A stretch of DNA of 32,000 nt from Candidatus Saccharimonadota bacterium (lineage in GTDB: Bacteria; Patescibacteriota; Gracilibacteria; BD1-5; UBA6164). The stretch covers positions 390,001 through 422,000 of the forward strand of contig CP042461.1 of the NCBI GenBank assembly GCA_004563595.2. The letters are read 5' to 3'. Below the pieces are notes generated by a model. It made no database searches. It saw only the letters and a program-made list of their open reading frames with translations, and was not told where the DNA came from. The position numbers and the translations under genes are program-made. Below are positions 29,767 through 32,000 of this stretch, one piece after another. The first letter of the stretch is position 1, and every line of letters begins with the position of its first letter.

Positions 29767-31668
29767 TTATGAGTTGTTACTTTTGTTCTCAACAAGAATC
29801 TTTTCTCATTTTTCATTTATTTGAAAAAACTTTTGTTCTCAAGTATTTTCATCTAATTCACATAGAATAACCTGGTTCCTTCATAACTCTTTTGCTTTAT
29901 ACACAGCACTATCTGAACGTCACATAGCATTATTTGCCTTTAATTCTTTGGCTTCACTAGGGGTTGATATCTTATCTTTTGAGTTATGAATTTCTATATC
30001 ATGTTCTCATCTTATTGGATGCATATATCATACTCATACACTAATTGTAAGAGAGCCTTTTGTTCCGGCAAATGAGAATTCAGTATCTTCAAATTTTTGT
30101 CTAAGTCTTTCAGCAACCTTTAGTACGTCTCAGTCTTCAATAATAAGTACTAATTCTTCTCATCAATACCTAAATGCTCAGTCAGTTGGTCTGAGAGTAT
30201 TATGTATGATTGCTCAAGCATCTCTAAGTGCATCGTCTCATCATTCATGTCAAAATGTATCATTGACCTTCTTAAAGAAGTCTATATCTACAAATATAAC
30301 ACCAATATTTTTATTTTTTCTATTTGCTGTTTCGCTTGCTTTAATTATTTCTTCATTAAAGGCTCTTCTGTTACTCAGTTTTGTAAGAGGATCAATAGTA
30401 GCTAACTTTTGTAATTCTTTATTATCATTTGAAAAACGACTTAATAAAGTTGCTGTGACTGAAGTAGCATTTTCTTTTAAAAATTGAGAGATAAGTTTTT
30501 CTCAAGTATTATTTATGTTTAAAGCCATGAGTAGTATTTGATAAGACTCAGGTTCTAATGTGAGTTGAGGAACTTTGTTATTAATTGCTTTATAGAGTTG
30601 AGTGAGAGTAAAAATATATGAAGGAGGAGTATTGTCTGAGTCAGAATTATTAATGTGATTTGCAATTCAATATATAGCACTATTCAGGTATTTGTAATCT
30701 GTTCAATTTTCTAGGTTATAGTTTTCTATAACTGTCGTAACTGCAGTAAGAGTTTCTTTAATATCGTTTTCTCAGTAATCTAGATTAAGTTTTGTAAGTA
30801 GAGCACCTTTATTGATCCAAAGTTCTGCTTTTGGTATATCTACATTAACCTCTTTTCATGCATTCATGCCAGATAACGCTTTGTGTGATTTTTCAATAAG
30901 TTGAAGAAGTTCATCTGTTGAAGCCCTTATATCTTCAATGCTTGAGTTTTTTTCACTGATTTGAGTGCTGTGACGATTGTCTAAGTGAAATAATTGAGAT
31001 AACAATTGGATTCTATTATTTTTATCAAGGCTATTATCTTTACTTGATATATGTATTAAATATCAAAATAATTTTCTACAAAAAGAAACCATTCATAAAT
31101 AATTGTCGATAAGCCTATCGCTCTTTGAGTAAGGTATTAATAAATTATTTATTATTTCAAACATGTGAGTGAATTCTTTGTGTAGATTAGAAAAGAATTC
31201 ATGATCGACAGAATCTTTGTGTTCTATAACTTGTGTAAAGAATTTAGTTTTTTCTAATAAAAATTCTTGTAAAACAGTAAAATCTCAATAATGTAATTCT
31301 GTTATTATTTCATTGAGGGATAATTCATGATTTTTCCCTAGTCACATTAATGGAAACAAGTATGATAAATCTTCTTGCGTATGATCGTCATCTGCTATCT
31401 GGATACAATTTTTAACTAAAGTTGATAAAACTTCCATGTCTCTATGAACAAGTCAATTACTTGTGATGTTTAATTCAGAGGAGCTGAATATTTTTCTTAA
31501 TAGTTCCAGTTGATTCATCTTAGAATTATCACAATTTTCAACTTGATTTAATACTGATTTTGAAACATGGCATGTTACTGCTTCTAAACTAGATATTGTG
31601 TCGATAGGAGATGTTACCTCATCTCCTATTTCTTTTCATATTAGTATATGATTTCATTCATTACTCAT
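29767..31668 (-). CDS. GGDEF-domain protein (putative diguanylate cyclase) with a long helical N-terminal region, 633 aa
   Basis: C-terminal domain: DPLTKLSNRRAFNEEI, IFVDIDFFKKVNDTFGHEGGDDALRDAG, RYGGEELVLII (signature GGEEL; both Gly are TGA at 30160-30165), ISVGVG, SDSAVYKAKELGRNQV. The ~400-aa N-terminal part has no obvious TM segment or known sensor motif. 1902 nt in frame from ATG 31668 to TAA 29767-29769. Confidence 0.88.
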
Positions 31669-31690
31669 TCTTTATTTTTATTTAATATAT

Positions 31691-31722
31691 AAAAAAATAA
31701 TAACTAAAGTTATTTTAGTTAT
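31691..31722 (-). terminator. AT-rich hairpin plus T-run downstream of the last minus-strand ORF
   Basis: Stem ATAACTAA / TTAGTTAT (31700-31707 / 31715-31722). The minus strand continues into T7. Confidence 0.4.
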
Positions 31723-31750
31723 TATAGGTAAAAAGACTAATTGTCAACTG

Positions 31751-31996
31751 TTAATTTATTTGATGAGTTGTTTTTATTATAGTACATTCTCAATCAATGG
31801 TTTCTCACTGTAATTCGGCAAGAAGGTCTACTGCATAATCACTTAAATTAAGAGCAAACTTTAACTCCTCTCTTTGAGTTCATCAACCAAGAATATTATG
31901 AACATTTTTTTGTGTACCATCAGTAACTCAAACATGTTGAGCTAGGGAAATTGGTAATTGTTGATGTTGTTCTGGTGATTGTTTATATGCTTCCAT
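31751..31996 (-). CDS. Hypothetical small protein (81 aa from ATG 31996; the frame stays open to the window edge, so it may be the 3' end of a longer gene)
   Basis: Minus-strand frame MEAYKQSPEQHQQLPISLAQHVGVTDGTQKNVHNILGGGTQREELKF... with 6 in-frame TGA and a TAA stop at 31751-31753. Confidence 0.4.
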
Positions 31997-32000
31997 GATT

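Noticed and set aside
30202-30487. Two overlapping plus-strand ORFs (67 and 93 aa).
   Set aside because: They are antisense to the GGDEF domain coding region.
1-32000. Alternative explanations for the stop-riddled genes: a pseudogene graveyard, or code 4 (TGA=Trp).
   Set aside because: Only TGA interrupts the frames (never TAA/TAG), and it falls on invariant Gly positions of many families. Trp positions use TGG. Pseudogenes would show mixed stops and frameshifts.

Overview
AT-rich bacterial window that only makes sense under genetic code 25, where TGA encodes Gly (Gracilibacteria/Absconditabacteria-type CPR lineage). The standard-code ORF track fragments almost every real gene, and most of its short ORFs are antisense or off-frame artefacts. 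I re-translated both strands by eye with TGA=Gly and only TAA/TAG as stops. Host-like genes found: (1) a 5'-truncated giant modular surface protein (3..8744, at least 2,913 aa) with 13 Fn3/Ig-like 101-aa repeats; (2) on the minus strand, a 750-aa type IV pilin with three lectin-like modules, two unknown exported or membrane proteins, and a divergent PilB/GspE ATPase; (3) dut, an ArsB/NhaD-like permease, htrA, radA, and a stand-alone protein made of three cold-shock/OB units; (4) after the island, full-length RNase R, a peptidoglycan-binding glucosaminidase, an AI-2E transporter, a gene-free gap with structured-RNA potential, and a GGDEF cyclase. The most unusual feature is a 5.6-kb island (about 19153..24750). 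It holds seven orphan ORFs (about 998 codons) with no in-frame TGA, while flanking genes use TGA-Gly at roughly 3.5-8% of codons. The island genes have their own SD motifs and terminators. One ORF ends in TGA just before a terminator. The island contains a tRNA-Leu(CAA) and is bracketed by two diverged copies of the RNase R N-terminal module. All calls rest on manual translation and motif recognition; no database search was possible.
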